Of a stretch of DNA of 32,000 bases, positions 1-10,266 are shown in pieces. Made by a program: the position numbers and the translations under genes. Source of the stretch: Pasteurella multocida. GTDB taxonomy: Bacteria > Pseudomonadota > Gammaproteobacteria > Enterobacterales > Pasteurellaceae. The notes under the pieces are model-generated. The model searched no databases, was not told where the DNA came from, and worked only from the letters and a program-made list of their open reading frames with translations. Position 1 is the first letter of the stretch; the number at the start of each line of letters is the position of its first letter. The DNA is taken from assembly GCF_900187275.1 (NCBI RefSeq), contig NZ_LT906458.1:90001-122000 (forward strand), written 5' to 3'.

Positions 1-612
1 CGCTTTGCCGATCTGGCACAAAGCCTGCATATGCCGGTTCCACCTGACTTAAAACGAGATAAAGGCTGGGTGGGTATGTTAATTGAAACCGCTCTCGGTG
101 CAACCGCAGGCAGTAAAGCTGAGCAAGATTTTGCGCACTTGGGGATTGAGTTAAAAACGCTCCCGATTAATGCACAGGGGATGCCGTTAGAAACCACTTT
201 TGTCAGCTTAGCGCCCTTAACGCAGAATGTGGGGGTCAGTTGGGAAAACTCACATGTTAGGCATAAACTCAGTAAGGTACTGTGGATTTTAGTTGAAGGG
301 GAAAGACAGATTCCGTTGTCTGAACGGCGTGTTGGGCAGCCGATTTTATGGCAGCCTTCAGCACAGCAAGAATTGCGTTTAAAGCGAGATTGGGAAGAGC
401 TAATGGAATATATTAGCTTAGGCAAGCTTGAGCAGATTAATGCGACCTTAGGCGAGGTGCTACAGCTTCGTCCGAAAGGGGCAAACAGTAAAGCGTTGAC
501 CCGTGGAATTGGCAAACACGGTGAAATGATTGATACGTTACCTTTAGGCTTTTATTTACGTAAAACCTTTACTGCGGAAATTTTACAACAATTTTTGCTT
601 GGCACGGGGTAA
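1..612 (+). CDS. mutH: DNA mismatch repair endonuclease MutH, 5' truncated by the window edge
   Basis: Open frame runs from base 1 ([12 protein letters not shown]...) to the stop at 612; MutH-like protein with [26 protein letters not shown] and [12 protein letters not shown] motifs. Confidence 0.93.
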   Translation, partial: RFADLAQSLHMPVPPDLKRDKGWVGMLIETALGATAGSKAEQDFAHLGIELKTLPINAQGMPLETTFVSLAPLTQNVGVSWENSHVRHKLSKVLWILVEGERQIPLSERRVGQPILWQPSAQQELRLKRDWEELMEYISLGKLEQINATLGEVLQLRPKGANSKALTRGIGKHGEMIDTLPLGFYLRKTFTAEILQQFLLGTG

Positions 613-677
613 TTGACTTGGTGTCTTTGCACAAAATGATATGATTTATCTCATTTTTATGAAAAAAGGAACAGACT

Positions 678-1406
678 ATGTTTGAATGGCTTGCGAGTCC
701 GGAGGCTTGGGTTGCACTTTTTACCTTAGCTGCTTTAGAAATTGTGTTAGGGATTGATAACATCATTTTCATTAGTATTTTGGTTGGGCGTTTACCCGAA
801 CATCAACGCCAATCCGGACGCTTGATTGGGCTCGGTTTGGCAATGGGAATGCGAATTTTATTATTGCTTTCTCTCTCTTGGGTCATGTCGTTGACAGCGA
901 CCTTATTTACCGTATTAGGGGAGGCGATCTCTGGGCGTGATTTAATTTTATTGATTGGTGGCTTATTCCTAGTAGCAAAAAGTACCCATGAAATTCACCA
1001 TGCTATGATGCCAGAAGAAGAAAATGAGGAAGAGAAACCAAAAACAGTAAGCTTTTTAGGCATTTTAACGCAGATTGCGATTTTGGATATTGTGTTCTCA
1101 TTGGATTCGGTGATTACGGCAGTAGGCATGGTAGATCAAGTGGGCGTGATGATTGTGGCGATTGTGATGGCTGTTGGGGTAATGATGTTTGCAGCGAAAC
1201 CAATCGGGGATTTTGTTGAAACGCATCCAACTTTGAAAGTCCTTGCTCTGTCTTTCTTAATCTTAATTGGTGTGGCATTGATTGGAGAGAGTTTAGATTT
1301 CCACATTCCGAAAGGTTATATTTACTTTGCGATGGGCTTCTCCGTGGTGGTTGAAATGATCAACATTAAAATGCGTAAAAAGCTCATTAAAAAACCGAGT
1401 GTGTGA
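678..1406 (+). CDS. TerC-family integral membrane protein
   Basis: 242 aa, multiple hydrophobic segments, TerC signature residues (EIVLGIDNIIFISIL, DIVFSLDSVITAVGM). Confidence 0.88.
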   Translation: MFEWLASPEAWVALFTLAALEIVLGIDNIIFISILVGRLPEHQRQSGRLIGLGLAMGMRILLLLSLSWVMSLTATLFTVLGEAISGRDLILLIGGLFLVAKSTHEIHHAMMPEEENEEEKPKTVSFLGILTQIAILDIVFSLDSVITAVGMVDQVGVMIVAIVMAVGVMMFAAKPIGDFVETHPTLKVLALSFLILIGVALIGESLDFHIPKGYIYFAMGFSVVVEMINIKMRKKLIKKPSV

Positions 1407-1531
1407 GAGAACACAAAAATGGCAAGCCTGAGTCGCTTGCCATATTATTATAGCTAGACAAAGTCTAGCTATAAAAACCATACGCTTTGCGTATGGAACA
1501 GAAAAGCTTAAGCGGTGAGCAGAACAAAACA

Positions 1532-1581
1532 TCCTCCTATAATGAACAAGGCTGACAACCAAAATTCAACATATAGGAGGA
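1532..1581 (+). promoter_or_regulatory. RBS-sequestering hairpin in the transposase leader
   Basis: tcctcctata (1532-1541) is the exact reverse complement of tataggagga (1572-1581), which contains the AGGAGG Shine-Dalgarno of the ATG at 1588. Confidence 0.8.
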
Positions 1582-1587
1582 TAAGTC

Positions 1588-2052
1588 ATGGCAAGTAAAT
1601 CCAATGACGATTCAAGTCTATCACACACAAGATGGAACTGTAAGTACCACATAGTCTTTATCCCTAAGTATAGGAGAAAAGCAATTTATGGAAAATTGCG
1701 AGTTGATATAGGAGGGATACTAAGACAATTATGTCACTACAAGAATGTAGAGATAATAGAGGCATATGCAATGAAAGAGCATATCCATATGCTGTTAAGG
1801 ATACCTCCGAAACTGGCCGTTTCAAGTTTTATGGGGTATTTAAAAGGTAAGTCATCGCTAATGATATTTGAAAGACATGCAAATTTGAAATATAAGTATG
1901 GGAATCGAAATTTTTGGGCGAAAGGCTATTATGTAAGTACAGTAGGTTTAAATACAAAAATTGTAGAGGAATATATCCGAAATCAGGAAAAGGAAGATAT
2001 GATTCAGGATAATTTATCGAAGAAAGAATATATGGACCCCTTTAAGGGGTAG
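1588..2052 (+). CDS. tnpA: IS200-type Y1 (HUH) transposase TnpA
   Basis: 154 aa; WNCKYHIVFIPKYRRK start, HIH motif in KEHIHMLLRIPP, candidate catalytic Tyr in VEEYIRNQ; appears full length. Confidence 0.95.
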   Translation: MASKSNDDSSLSHTRWNCKYHIVFIPKYRRKAIYGKLRVDIGGILRQLCHYKNVEIIEAYAMKEHIHMLLRIPPKLAVSSFMGYLKGKSSLMIFERHANLKYKYGNRNFWAKGYYVSTVGLNTKIVEEYIRNQEKEDMIQDNLSKKEYMDPFKG

Positions 2053-2134
2053 GCAACAGAGTTATTGAACGGTTGTCAGAATTCACATGCCCCTTGAGGG
2101 GCATGTGAAGTACTAGGCCCTTATAGGGTGGCCT

Positions 2135-2158
2135 AAAAACCGCCCGTTTTACGGGCGG
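2135..2158 (-). terminator. Rho-independent terminator downstream of polA
   Basis: Minus strand reads ccgcccgt-aaa-acgggcgg-TTTTT; 8-bp GC-rich stem. Confidence 0.85.
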
Positions 2159-2177
2159 ATTGTTATTTGGGGGGAGG

Positions 2178-4970
2178 CTAATGTGCCTCGTCCCAGTTTT
2201 TACCCACACCCACATCTACAATCAGTGGCACCACAAGTTGAGCAGCTTGTTCCATCGTGGTTTTGATGATCGTGCGAAAGTGTTCGATTTTATCTGAGCG
2301 TACTTCAAAGACCAATTCATCGTGTACTTGCATGATCATTTTAATGTCAGGTTGTTCTGCGATTTCACGATCTAAAGTAATCATCGCTCGTTTAATGATA
2401 TCTGCTGCTGTCCCTTGCATTGGCGCGTTGATAGCAACCCGTTCAGCTGCTTTGCGACGAATGGCATTGGAAGATTGGATATCAGGTAAATATAAGCGTC
2501 GGTCAAACAAAGTTGTTACATAACCTTGTGCTTTGGCTGTTTCGCGAATGTCATGCATAAAGGCTTGTACACCGGGGTAACGTTGGAAATACAAGTCCAT
2601 GTATTTTTGTGCTTCATGACGTGGAATGCCTAATTGACGAGAAAGTCCAAATGAACTCATGCCATAAATTAAACCAAAGTTAATGGCTTTGGCGCTACGA
2701 CGTTGTTCACTGCTAACTTGCGCTAATGGAATGCCAAAGATCTCTGCCGCTGTTGAACGGTGAATATCTTTTCCTTCATTAAATGCGTTAATTAGCCCTT
2801 TATCTTGCGATAAGTGAGCCATGATTCGCAGTTCAATTTGGGAATAGTCCGCGGCCATAATTTGATAGCCTTCAGGTGCAATAAAGGCTTGACGAATGCG
2901 ACGCCCTTCCTCGTTGCGAATCGGAATATTTTGTAAATTGGGATCACTCGATGAAAGACGACCTGTGGCGGTTACCGCCTGATGATAGGAAGTATGTACA
3001 CGTCCCGTGTCTTTATTCACCATGAGCGGTAATTTGTCAGTATAAGTGGATTTTAATTTACTTAATCCACGATGCTCCACAAGAATTTTTGGCAAGGCAT
3101 GCTCGTAGGCAAGCTCTTCTAAGACTTCTTCATTCGTTGACGGCGCGCCTTTAGGCGTTTTCTTCAAGACAGGTAAGCTCAATTTATCGAACAGGATCTC
3201 TTGCAACTGTTTGGTTGAGGCCAAATTAAATTGTTGTCCAGCCAATTCATACGCCTGTTGTTCAAGTGCGGTCAATCTTACGCCAATTTGTTGCGACTGA
3301 CTAAACAGTGCATCACTATCAATGAGCACGCCATGACGTTCAATACGCGACAGCACCGAGGCTAAAGGCAGTTCCATGGTTTGATATAACTTCACTAATT
3401 CAGGCTGTGCTACTACTTTTTCCCATAAGACCTGCTGTAATTTCATGGTAATATCGGCATCTTCTGCCGCATATTCCGCCGCTTGTTCAAGTGGTATTTG
3501 ATTAAAGGTGAGCTGAGCTTTGCCTTTACCCGCGATATCTTCAAAGTGAATGGTTTGGTGACCTAAATAACGTTTGGCTAATTCATCCATATTATGGCGC
3601 CCAGTACTGTCTAACACATAAGACAGTAACATGGTGTCATAGCTCACGCCTTGTACTTCAATACCGTGACGAGCAAAGATACTTAAATCGTACTTAATAT
3701 TTTGTCCTACTTTATGGATTTCAGGGTTCTCTAAAACAGGTTTAAGCAAAGAAAGTGCGGTCTGAAAATCTACTTGCTGAGGTGCGCCAAGATAATCATG
3801 GCGTAATGGTAAATAAGCAGCTTCACCATTCTCTAACGCAAAAGATACCCCGACTAAATGAGCCACCATATAGTCTAAACTGTCTGTTTCAGTATCAATT
3901 GCAATACATTTGGCTTGATTAAGCTTGTCTATCCAGCGCTTCAATTCACTGAGTTCGAGAAGACATTGGTATTGGCTACGGTCAATTTGGACAGAAACGG
4001 TATTTTCTCTCTCATTTGCACTTGGAGTGGCTTGGTAAGGATTGAGCTTCACTGCCTGTTCCGAACCATTGGTGACGGAGCTTTCTCCTCCATTCATCAC
4101 TTCGTTAAGCCAGCGCTTAAATTCATAACGAGCAAAATATTCAATTAACGCATCTTTATTCGCAACACCAAAAGTCAGTTGTTCTGGACTGACATCCAGT
4201 GCAACATCGGTTTTAATGGTGGCGAGTAGATAAGATAAATCAGCGAGATCTTTTGCCTCGGCTAATTTTGCTCCTAATGTTTTGGCGCCACGTAGGGATA
4301 AACTGGCGACTTTGTCTAAATTTGCATAAATCTCAGCCATGCTACCTATGCCTTGTAGCAGACCTAACGCCGTTTTTTCCCCTACGCCCGGAATTCCCGG
4401 AATATTATCTGAGCTATCGCCCATTAACGCGAGGTAATCAATGATTAATTCCGGAGGCAGACCATATTTTTCAAGTACTCCCTCGCGATCTAATAAAGTG
4501 TTGTTCATGGTGTTAATGAGCATAATATTCTCATCAACAAGCTGCGCCATGTCTTTGTCACCGGTACTAATTAAGACTTTTTTTCCGGTACGAGAGGCTT
4601 GCACCGCAAGGGTACCAATGACGTCATCGGCTTCCACACCTTCTACCACTAACAAGGGAATGCCTAAGGCCCGAATAATATTGTGCAGTGGCAGAATTTG
4701 ACTGCGTAATTCCTCAGGCATTGGGGGACGATGAGATTTGTATTGTTCAAATATTTCATCACGAAAGGTTTTGCCCTTCGCATCAAAAACCACGGCAATA
4801 TGGCTTGGTTGTACTTGTGAAATGAGGCTTTTTAACATATTTAATACACCGTACATTGCGCCAGTTGGCTCATTTAATGAGTTCGTTAAAGGCGGAAATG
4901 CGTGAAATGCGCGGTATAGATACGAAGAACCATCCACTAAGACTAAAGGGTTTTCTGCGATTTTTGCCAT
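2178..4970 (-). CDS. polA: DNA polymerase I
   Basis: 930 aa; 5' nuclease start ([20 protein letters not shown]), polymerase motifs [34 protein letters not shown] and [11 protein letters not shown]. Confidence 0.98.
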   Translation of the reverse strand: MAKIAENPLVLVDGSSYLYRAFHAFPPLTNSLNEPTGAMYGVLNMLKSLISQVQPSHIAVVFDAKGKTFRDEIFEQYKSHRPPMPEELRSQILPLHNIIRALGIPLLVVEGVEADDVIGTLAVQASRTGKKVLISTGDKDMAQLVDENIMLINTMNNTLLDREGVLEKYGLPPELIIDYLALMGDSSDNIPGIPGVGEKTALGLLQGIGSMAEIYANLDKVASLSLRGAKTLGAKLAEAKDLADLSYLLATIKTDVALDVSPEQLTFGVANKDALIEYFARYEFKRWLNEVMNGGESSVTNGSEQAVKLNPYQATPSANERENTVSVQIDRSQYQCLLELSELKRWIDKLNQAKCIAIDTETDSLDYMVAHLVGVSFALENGEAAYLPLRHDYLGAPQQVDFQTALSLLKPVLENPEIHKVGQNIKYDLSIFARHGIEVQGVSYDTMLLSYVLDSTGRHNMDELAKRYLGHQTIHFEDIAGKGKAQLTFNQIPLEQAAEYAAEDADITMKLQQVLWEKVVAQPELVKLYQTMELPLASVLSRIERHGVLIDSDALFSQSQQIGVRLTALEQQAYELAGQQFNLASTKQLQEILFDKLSLPVLKKTPKGAPSTNEEVLEELAYEHALPKILVEHRGLSKLKSTYTDKLPLMVNKDTGRVHTSYHQAVTATGRLSSSDPNLQNIPIRNEEGRRIRQAFIAPEGYQIMAADYSQIELRIMAHLSQDKGLINAFNEGKDIHRSTAAEIFGIPLAQVSSEQRRSAKAINFGLIYGMSSFGLSRQLGIPRHEAQKYMDLYFQRYPGVQAFMHDIRETAKAQGYVTTLFDRRLYLPDIQSSNAIRRKAAERVAINAPMQGTAADIIKRAMITLDREIAEQPDIKMIMQVHDELVFEVRSDKIEHFRTIIKTTMEQAAQLVVPLIVDVGVGKNWDEAH

Positions 4971-5113
4971 AAATTATCCGTTTATTTAATGAAAAGAGGT
5001 TGCCATTATAACGTAAAACAGCAAGAAGGCGTTCAAAAAGCATAAGCTTTTCGATTTCGTGTGGTTGATGTTGCAGTAGCGGATGTAAAAATAATCACAT
5101 TGAATAAAAAATA

Positions 5114-5129
5114 TGTGATCTTAGTCACA
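5114..5129. promoter_or_regulatory. CRP-like site (TGTGA-N6-TCACA)
   Basis: tgtga tcttag tcaca lies in the polA/hel divergent intergenic region, 88 bp before the hel ATG. Confidence 0.7.
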
Positions 5130-5180
5130 TTCAACGCGCTGATTTATGACAATAGGAGAATGAATTTGTTACATTAATAA

Positions 5181-6035
<855 letters not shown>

Positions 6036-6054
6036 TTTTCATTTCTTTTGAACA

Positions 6055-6083
6055 AAATGCGATGAATTCATTTCATCGCATTT
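6055..6083. terminator. Bidirectional intrinsic terminator between the convergent hel and mtlR genes
   Basis: aaatgcgatgaa / ttcatcgcattt perfect 12-bp stem with 5-nt loop, T tract on the + side and A tract on the left side. Confidence 0.85.
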
Positions 6084-6095
6084 TTTATGTTTGCT

Positions 6096-6614
6096 TCACA
6101 ATGGACTTTCGATTTGGAGTTGCTCGTAAATTTCAGTGATTGCTAAGGTGAGATAAGAACGAATCAATTTTTCTCGACGTAAGGCTTTGACTTGATAGAG
6201 CAGTGAGTCGGGGTTTTCGTCTTTTTCCATCGGAAAATTGAGCAAGGATTTATCATTTTGACAGCTTAACTGTTGGATAAAATCAATAATAATAAGATCG
6301 GCAAAATCGTATTCTTTTTCATCGTTATTCAGCTTTTCTTTAATCTCAATAAAATGGCTGATATCGCTAAACACATGATGCTCGATAATCCCTAAACCTA
6401 ATAAGACTTTTAAACGAATCGATAAATCGCAGAGCGGTCCAGAATTAGATAATAATGAGTCAACTACAGATTTGACGGCAAAATCTGTTTTACGAAAAAC
6501 GCGATTAATAAGTTGATCAACCGCTTCGTCAAAAATCGCGACAGAAGCCGTAATGAAACCACGAATTGAGGTGGCTTCATTGAGTTTTTCATAAATGGGA
6601 TCGACTGACTGCAC
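6096..6614 (-). CDS. mtlR: MtlR-family mannitol operon repressor
   Basis: 172 aa, MtlR-like sequence (LLSNSGPLCDLSIRLKVLLGLGII), directly downstream of mtlD in the mtlA-D-R order. Confidence 0.88.
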   Translation of the reverse strand: MQSVDPIYEKLNEATSIRGFITASVAIFDEAVDQLINRVFRKTDFAVKSVVDSLLSNSGPLCDLSIRLKVLLGLGIIEHHVFSDISHFIEIKEKLNNDEKEYDFADLIIIDFIQQLSCQNDKSLLNFPMEKDENPDSLLYQVKALRREKLIRSYLTLAITEIYEQLQIESPL

Positions 6615-6656
6615 TCGTTATCCTTTTCTAGACCGAATTAAGACCGCATTGGCACT

Positions 6657-7814
6657 TTAGTTTTTTTGCAAGGCATTATAAGCAGTTACGATTTGTTGCA
6701 CAATGTTTGATTCTGTCAGTTCAGTGATTTTTTTCACCGCACTTTCGAGCGCATCTTGCTGTAAAAGTTGAGCTAATTCAACTGCTTGTGGATCACTCTC
6801 ATTGCGATAGGCTAAGGCACTAGCAATGGTTTGAATTAAATGTTGATTTGGTAATCCATATTCTAAGGTGCCACGTAATGGTTTGATTAAACGATCGTTA
6901 TAGCTGAGTTTTCGTAAAGGTTCTCTGCCCACACGATCAACATCATCTTGTAAATACGGATTGGCAAAACGCTTCAGGATTTTTTCAATGTAAGCCGCGT
7001 GGGCATGAGGATCAAAACCATAACGTTTAATTAATACGGCACCACTTTCTTGCATCGTGGCTTTAACGGCTTCCCTGATGTCTGGATCATCAATGCTGTC
7101 TTTGACAAATTGGTGACCTTTTAATTTGCCTAAATAGGCGGTCGTGGCGTGTCCAGTATTTAATGTAAACAGTTTACGCTCAACAAATGCCATTAAATTA
7201 TCCGTTTGCTCCATACCATTAATAGCTGGAATTGTACCTTTAAATTGGGTTTTATCTACAATCCATTCACTGAACTCTTCAACTGTCACTAATAACGGGT
7301 TGGCGGGATCAAACTGTACTGGTGGCACGATGCGATCAACGGCAGAATCAACAAAGCCAATCTGTGCTTCCGCTTGTTGCTGTTCTTCAGGGGTGAGATA
7401 AGAGAACACATTGTCTTTTAAAAAGCTGGTACCTCGCACCATATTTTCACATGCAATAATATTTAATGGGCGGGTATTTCCTGCACGAAAACGTGCGCTT
7501 AAGCCTTTTGCAATAGTGCTTGAAATGATTTTTAATACATTAGGTCCCACCGCGGTGGTCACTAAATCAACTTCAGTAAAGCATGCAATAATATCCGCCT
7601 CATTTTTAGAATTGACTCCTGTGACGTTTGACACGGTTTCAATTACATTCAGGCGATCGCCAACAATTTTGACTGGATAAGCCCGTTGTGTTTTGAGTTG
7701 CTCAATAACATGATCATTGACATCGGCAAAGATGACTTGAATACCACTATCAGCTAATAATTTTCCGATAAATCCACGTCCAATATTACCCGCACCAAAA
7801 TGTAATGCTTTCAT
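6657..7814 (-). CDS. mtlD: Mannitol-1-phosphate 5-dehydrogenase
   Basis: 385 aa; [20 protein letters not shown] start, [20 protein letters not shown]-like C-terminal region. Confidence 0.96.
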   Translation of the reverse strand: MKALHFGAGNIGRGFIGKLLADSGIQVIFADVNDHVIEQLKTQRAYPVKIVGDRLNVIETVSNVTGVNSKNEADIIACFTEVDLVTTAVGPNVLKIISSTIAKGLSARFRAGNTRPLNIIACENMVRGTSFLKDNVFSYLTPEEQQQAEAQIGFVDSAVDRIVPPVQFDPANPLLVTVEEFSEWIVDKTQFKGTIPAINGMEQTDNLMAFVERKLFTLNTGHATTAYLGKLKGHQFVKDSIDDPDIREAVKATMQESGAVLIKRYGFDPHAHAAYIEKILKRFANPYLQDDVDRVGREPLRKLSYNDRLIKPLRGTLEYGLPNQHLIQTIASALAYRNESDPQAVELAQLLQQDALESAVKKITELTESNIVQQIVTAYNALQKN

Positions 7815-7880
7815 CGCTTACTCCAAAAATAAGAAAAGAGTTTAAATAAACATGGGCAGATAATGATCTGCCCAAGAAGA

Positions 7881-9755
7881 TTATGCTTTTAATAACGCTA
7901 AGACTTTTTCGACATCATCCGTTTCCGATAAAATGCGAATGGCATCCTCGTTATCTAGTGCATTGGTAATGGCAGAAACCACTTGCAGATGCTCGTTGTT
8001 TTTGGCGGCAATCCCAATCACTAATTTTGCGATACTGTCTTCTTCATCCTCATTAAATTTGACACCTTCTGGATACTGACAGACAACAACACCTGTTTTG
8101 AGTACCGCATCTTTAGCTTCGATTGTGCCATGTGGTACCGCAATACCTTCACCTAAATAAGTGGAAACCATTTTTTCACGCTCAAACATCGCATCAACAT
8201 AACTTGGTAGCACAAAACCTGATTCAACTAAACGTTCACCCGCGAATCGAATGGCTTCTTCTTTATTTGCTGCTTTTAAGCCTAAGAAGACTTGTTTTTC
8301 AGTGAGTACAAATGCAGTTTGAGGCGCTTCTTGTGGCTCAAGCGTGCTGACCTTTGCTAAATCAGCCACCTTTGTATTGCTCAAATCTTGAACGAGGTTA
8401 TCGTAGAAATGGGCATCTAAGAAATTGTTTAAGGAAAAATGCATAGCATTTGGCGTATGTTTTTTGGCACGTAATGTTAAGTCTTGATGCGTAATGACTA
8501 ATTGCGCGTCTTCCGGTAAATCATTAATTGCACAGTTTGTCACTTCAATGGCTAATCCTGCTTCTTTGACTTTTTTACGTAACATGCTTGCGCCCATTGC
8601 ACTTGATCCCATACCTGCATCACAAGCAACAAAGATTTTTTGTACACCTTGATAACGGGCTGGTGTATTGAACTGTACACCGGATTTCATCGCTTTTGAT
8701 GCGGCTTGCATTTTCTCTAATAAATGCCCATTTTCTTCTTTTTGAATTTTTAAGAAGAATGAAGCGATAACGAAAGAGACCGTCGCCGCGATGGCAACAG
8801 AAGCGAGAACACCAACGATAGCGTTTTGTGGTGTCATTAATAAAACCGCAATAATCGAACCTGGTGAAGCGGGTGCCACAAGACCTGCATTAAATAATAC
8901 CAATGTGAATACACCAGATACACCACCTGCAATCACGGCCAGTAAGAGACGCGGATTCATTAAAACATAAGGGAAATAAATCTCGTGGATTCCCCCAAAG
9001 AAATGGATGATCGTGGCACCGCCTGCTGTTTGTTTTGCTGTACCTTTCCCAAATATAATATAAGCAAGTAACACCCCTAAGCCCGGACCCGGGTTGGCCT
9101 CAATCAAGAAGAAAATGGATTGTCCAAATTCTTGCGATTGTTGAATACCAAGTGGGGAGAAAATTCCATGGTTAATTGCGTTGTTTAAGAAGAGGATTTT
9201 GGCTGGCTCAACAAAGATAGAGGTGAGCGGCAGTAAGTGCGCTTTTACTAAAATATCGACACCAGCAGCTAACATAGTGGACAACGCTTTCACCGCTGGA
9301 CCAATTAGCCAGAAGAATAAAATAGCCAAGATCATACCAATGATACCTGAAGAGAAGTTATTGACTAACATCTCAAAGCCACTTTTAATTTTACCATCAG
9401 CCCATTTATCAAAACGTTTAATTGCCCAGCCCCCTGTCGGACCCGCGATCATGGCGCCTAAAAACATTGGGATGTCAGTACCTACAATGACCCCCGCAGT
9501 AGCAATCGCGCCGACCACCGCACCGCGCTCACCAGCAATCAATTTACCACCAGAATAACCAATTAAGAGTGGTAATAAGTAGGTGATCATCGGTCCTACT
9601 AATTTGGCTAACGTTTCATTGGGTAGCCAACCCGTTGGAATGAAAAGTGCGGTGATAAAACCCCAAGCAATAAATGCACCAATATTGGGCATCACCATGT
9701 TGGATAAGAAACGACCAAAATTTTGTACTTTGACTTTTGCATTTGCTGAAAGCAT
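7881..9755 (-). CDS. mtlA: PTS mannitol-specific transporter EIICBA
   Basis: C, B (VACDAGMGSSAMGASMLRKK) and A (YLGEGIAVPHGTIEAKDAVL) domains. The track starts at 9782, but the ATG at 9755 (MLSANAKVKVQNFGRF) has a gagg SD and is the likelier start. Confidence 0.96.
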   Translation of the reverse strand: MLSANAKVKVQNFGRFLSNMVMPNIGAFIAWGFITALFIPTGWLPNETLAKLVGPMITYLLPLLIGYSGGKLIAGERGAVVGAIATAGVIVGTDIPMFLGAMIAGPTGGWAIKRFDKWADGKIKSGFEMLVNNFSSGIIGMILAILFFWLIGPAVKALSTMLAAGVDILVKAHLLPLTSIFVEPAKILFLNNAINHGIFSPLGIQQSQEFGQSIFFLIEANPGPGLGVLLAYIIFGKGTAKQTAGGATIIHFFGGIHEIYFPYVLMNPRLLLAVIAGGVSGVFTLVLFNAGLVAPASPGSIIAVLLMTPQNAIVGVLASVAIAATVSFVIASFFLKIQKEENGHLLEKMQAASKAMKSGVQFNTPARYQGVQKIFVACDAGMGSSAMGASMLRKKVKEAGLAIEVTNCAINDLPEDAQLVITHQDLTLRAKKHTPNAMHFSLNNFLDAHFYDNLVQDLSNTKVADLAKVSTLEPQEAPQTAFVLTEKQVFLGLKAANKEEAIRFAGERLVESGFVLPSYVDAMFEREKMVSTYLGEGIAVPHGTIEAKDAVLKTGVVVCQYPEGVKFNEDEEDSIAKLVIGIAAKNNEHLQVVSAITNALDNEDAIRILSETDDVEKVLALLKA

Positions 9756-9840
9756 AGTTAACCTCGTCGATAAAATGACCAATTTTCAACTGTCAAAATA
9801 GCATAGCGAAACTGAAATCTAAAATTTTTCATATTAAATA

Positions 9841-9856
9841 TGTGATGAGTATCACA
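9841..9856. promoter_or_regulatory. CRP-like site 1 upstream of mtlA
   Basis: tgtga tgagta tcaca, perfect half sites. Confidence 0.85.
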
Positions 9857-9884
9857 ATGTTTTTTTCTTTGATTTGTTTAAAAA

Positions 9885-9900
9885 TGTGATATATATCACA
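9885..9900. promoter_or_regulatory. CRP-like site 2 upstream of mtlA
   Basis: tgtga tatata tcaca, perfect half sites. Confidence 0.85.
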
Positions 9901-9924
9901 AAATATATTTTGTTAATTGTAAAG

Positions 9925-9940
9925 TGTGATATGTATCACA
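9925..9940. promoter_or_regulatory. CRP-like site 3 upstream of mtlA
   Basis: tgtga tatgta tcaca, perfect half sites. Confidence 0.85.
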
Positions 9941-10037
9941 TTTATGTGTGGTTTGGCGTATTCAAAATGTAGAAATGTTTATGGCATTTTTTAATATTGT
10001 CGCGAGGATTAGTTAGCTATAATAAACAAGGAAACAA

Positions 10038-10259
10038 ATGCAAAAATTTTGCTTACTTTTAATCGTACTTTTAGGCTTAAATGGCTGTGGTACTGTCGTG
10101 AAATTAATTGACCCTACGGAGTCTTATTCTTCGTATGCTGGCACAAAATATGATCTTGAAATGGCAAAGCGCTGGGGACTTCCTATTTTAGATTTGCCTT
10201 TCTCTTTTATATTGGATACCGCATTATTGCCTTATGTCTGGACTCAAGAAACCGAATAA
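10038..10259 (+). CDS. Small YceK/YidQ-like lipoprotein
   Basis: 73 aa; lipobox LLGLNGC, then [49 protein letters not shown]; tataat at 10018-10023. Confidence 0.75.
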   Translation: MQKFCLLLIVLLGLNGCGTVVKLIDPTESYSSYAGTKYDLEMAKRWGLPILDLPFSFILDTALLPYVWTQETE

Positions 10260-10266
10260 ATGACCC

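Larger units (their letters stand above)
1449..2135 (+). mobile_element. IS200/IS605-family (IS200 group) insertion sequence, approximate limits
   Basis: Single Y1 transposase ORF flanked by leader hairpins (1449-1473, 1478-1496, 1532-1581) and right-end palindromes (2082-2109 and 2114-2135, the latter with one bulged T). Exact termini were not determined. Confidence 0.75.

Noticed and set aside
1478-1496. CRISPR-like or REP-like repeats among the palindromes near 1420-1500
   Set aside because: The hairpins differ from one another and have no regular spacers; they fit an IS200 leader/end or a terC terminator.
1293-1562. Minus-strand 89-aa ORF across the terC end and IS200 leader
   Set aside because: Spans the end of the TerC-family gene and the IS hairpins; no RBS or domain. 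It could overlap an antisense RNA, but not a credible protein.
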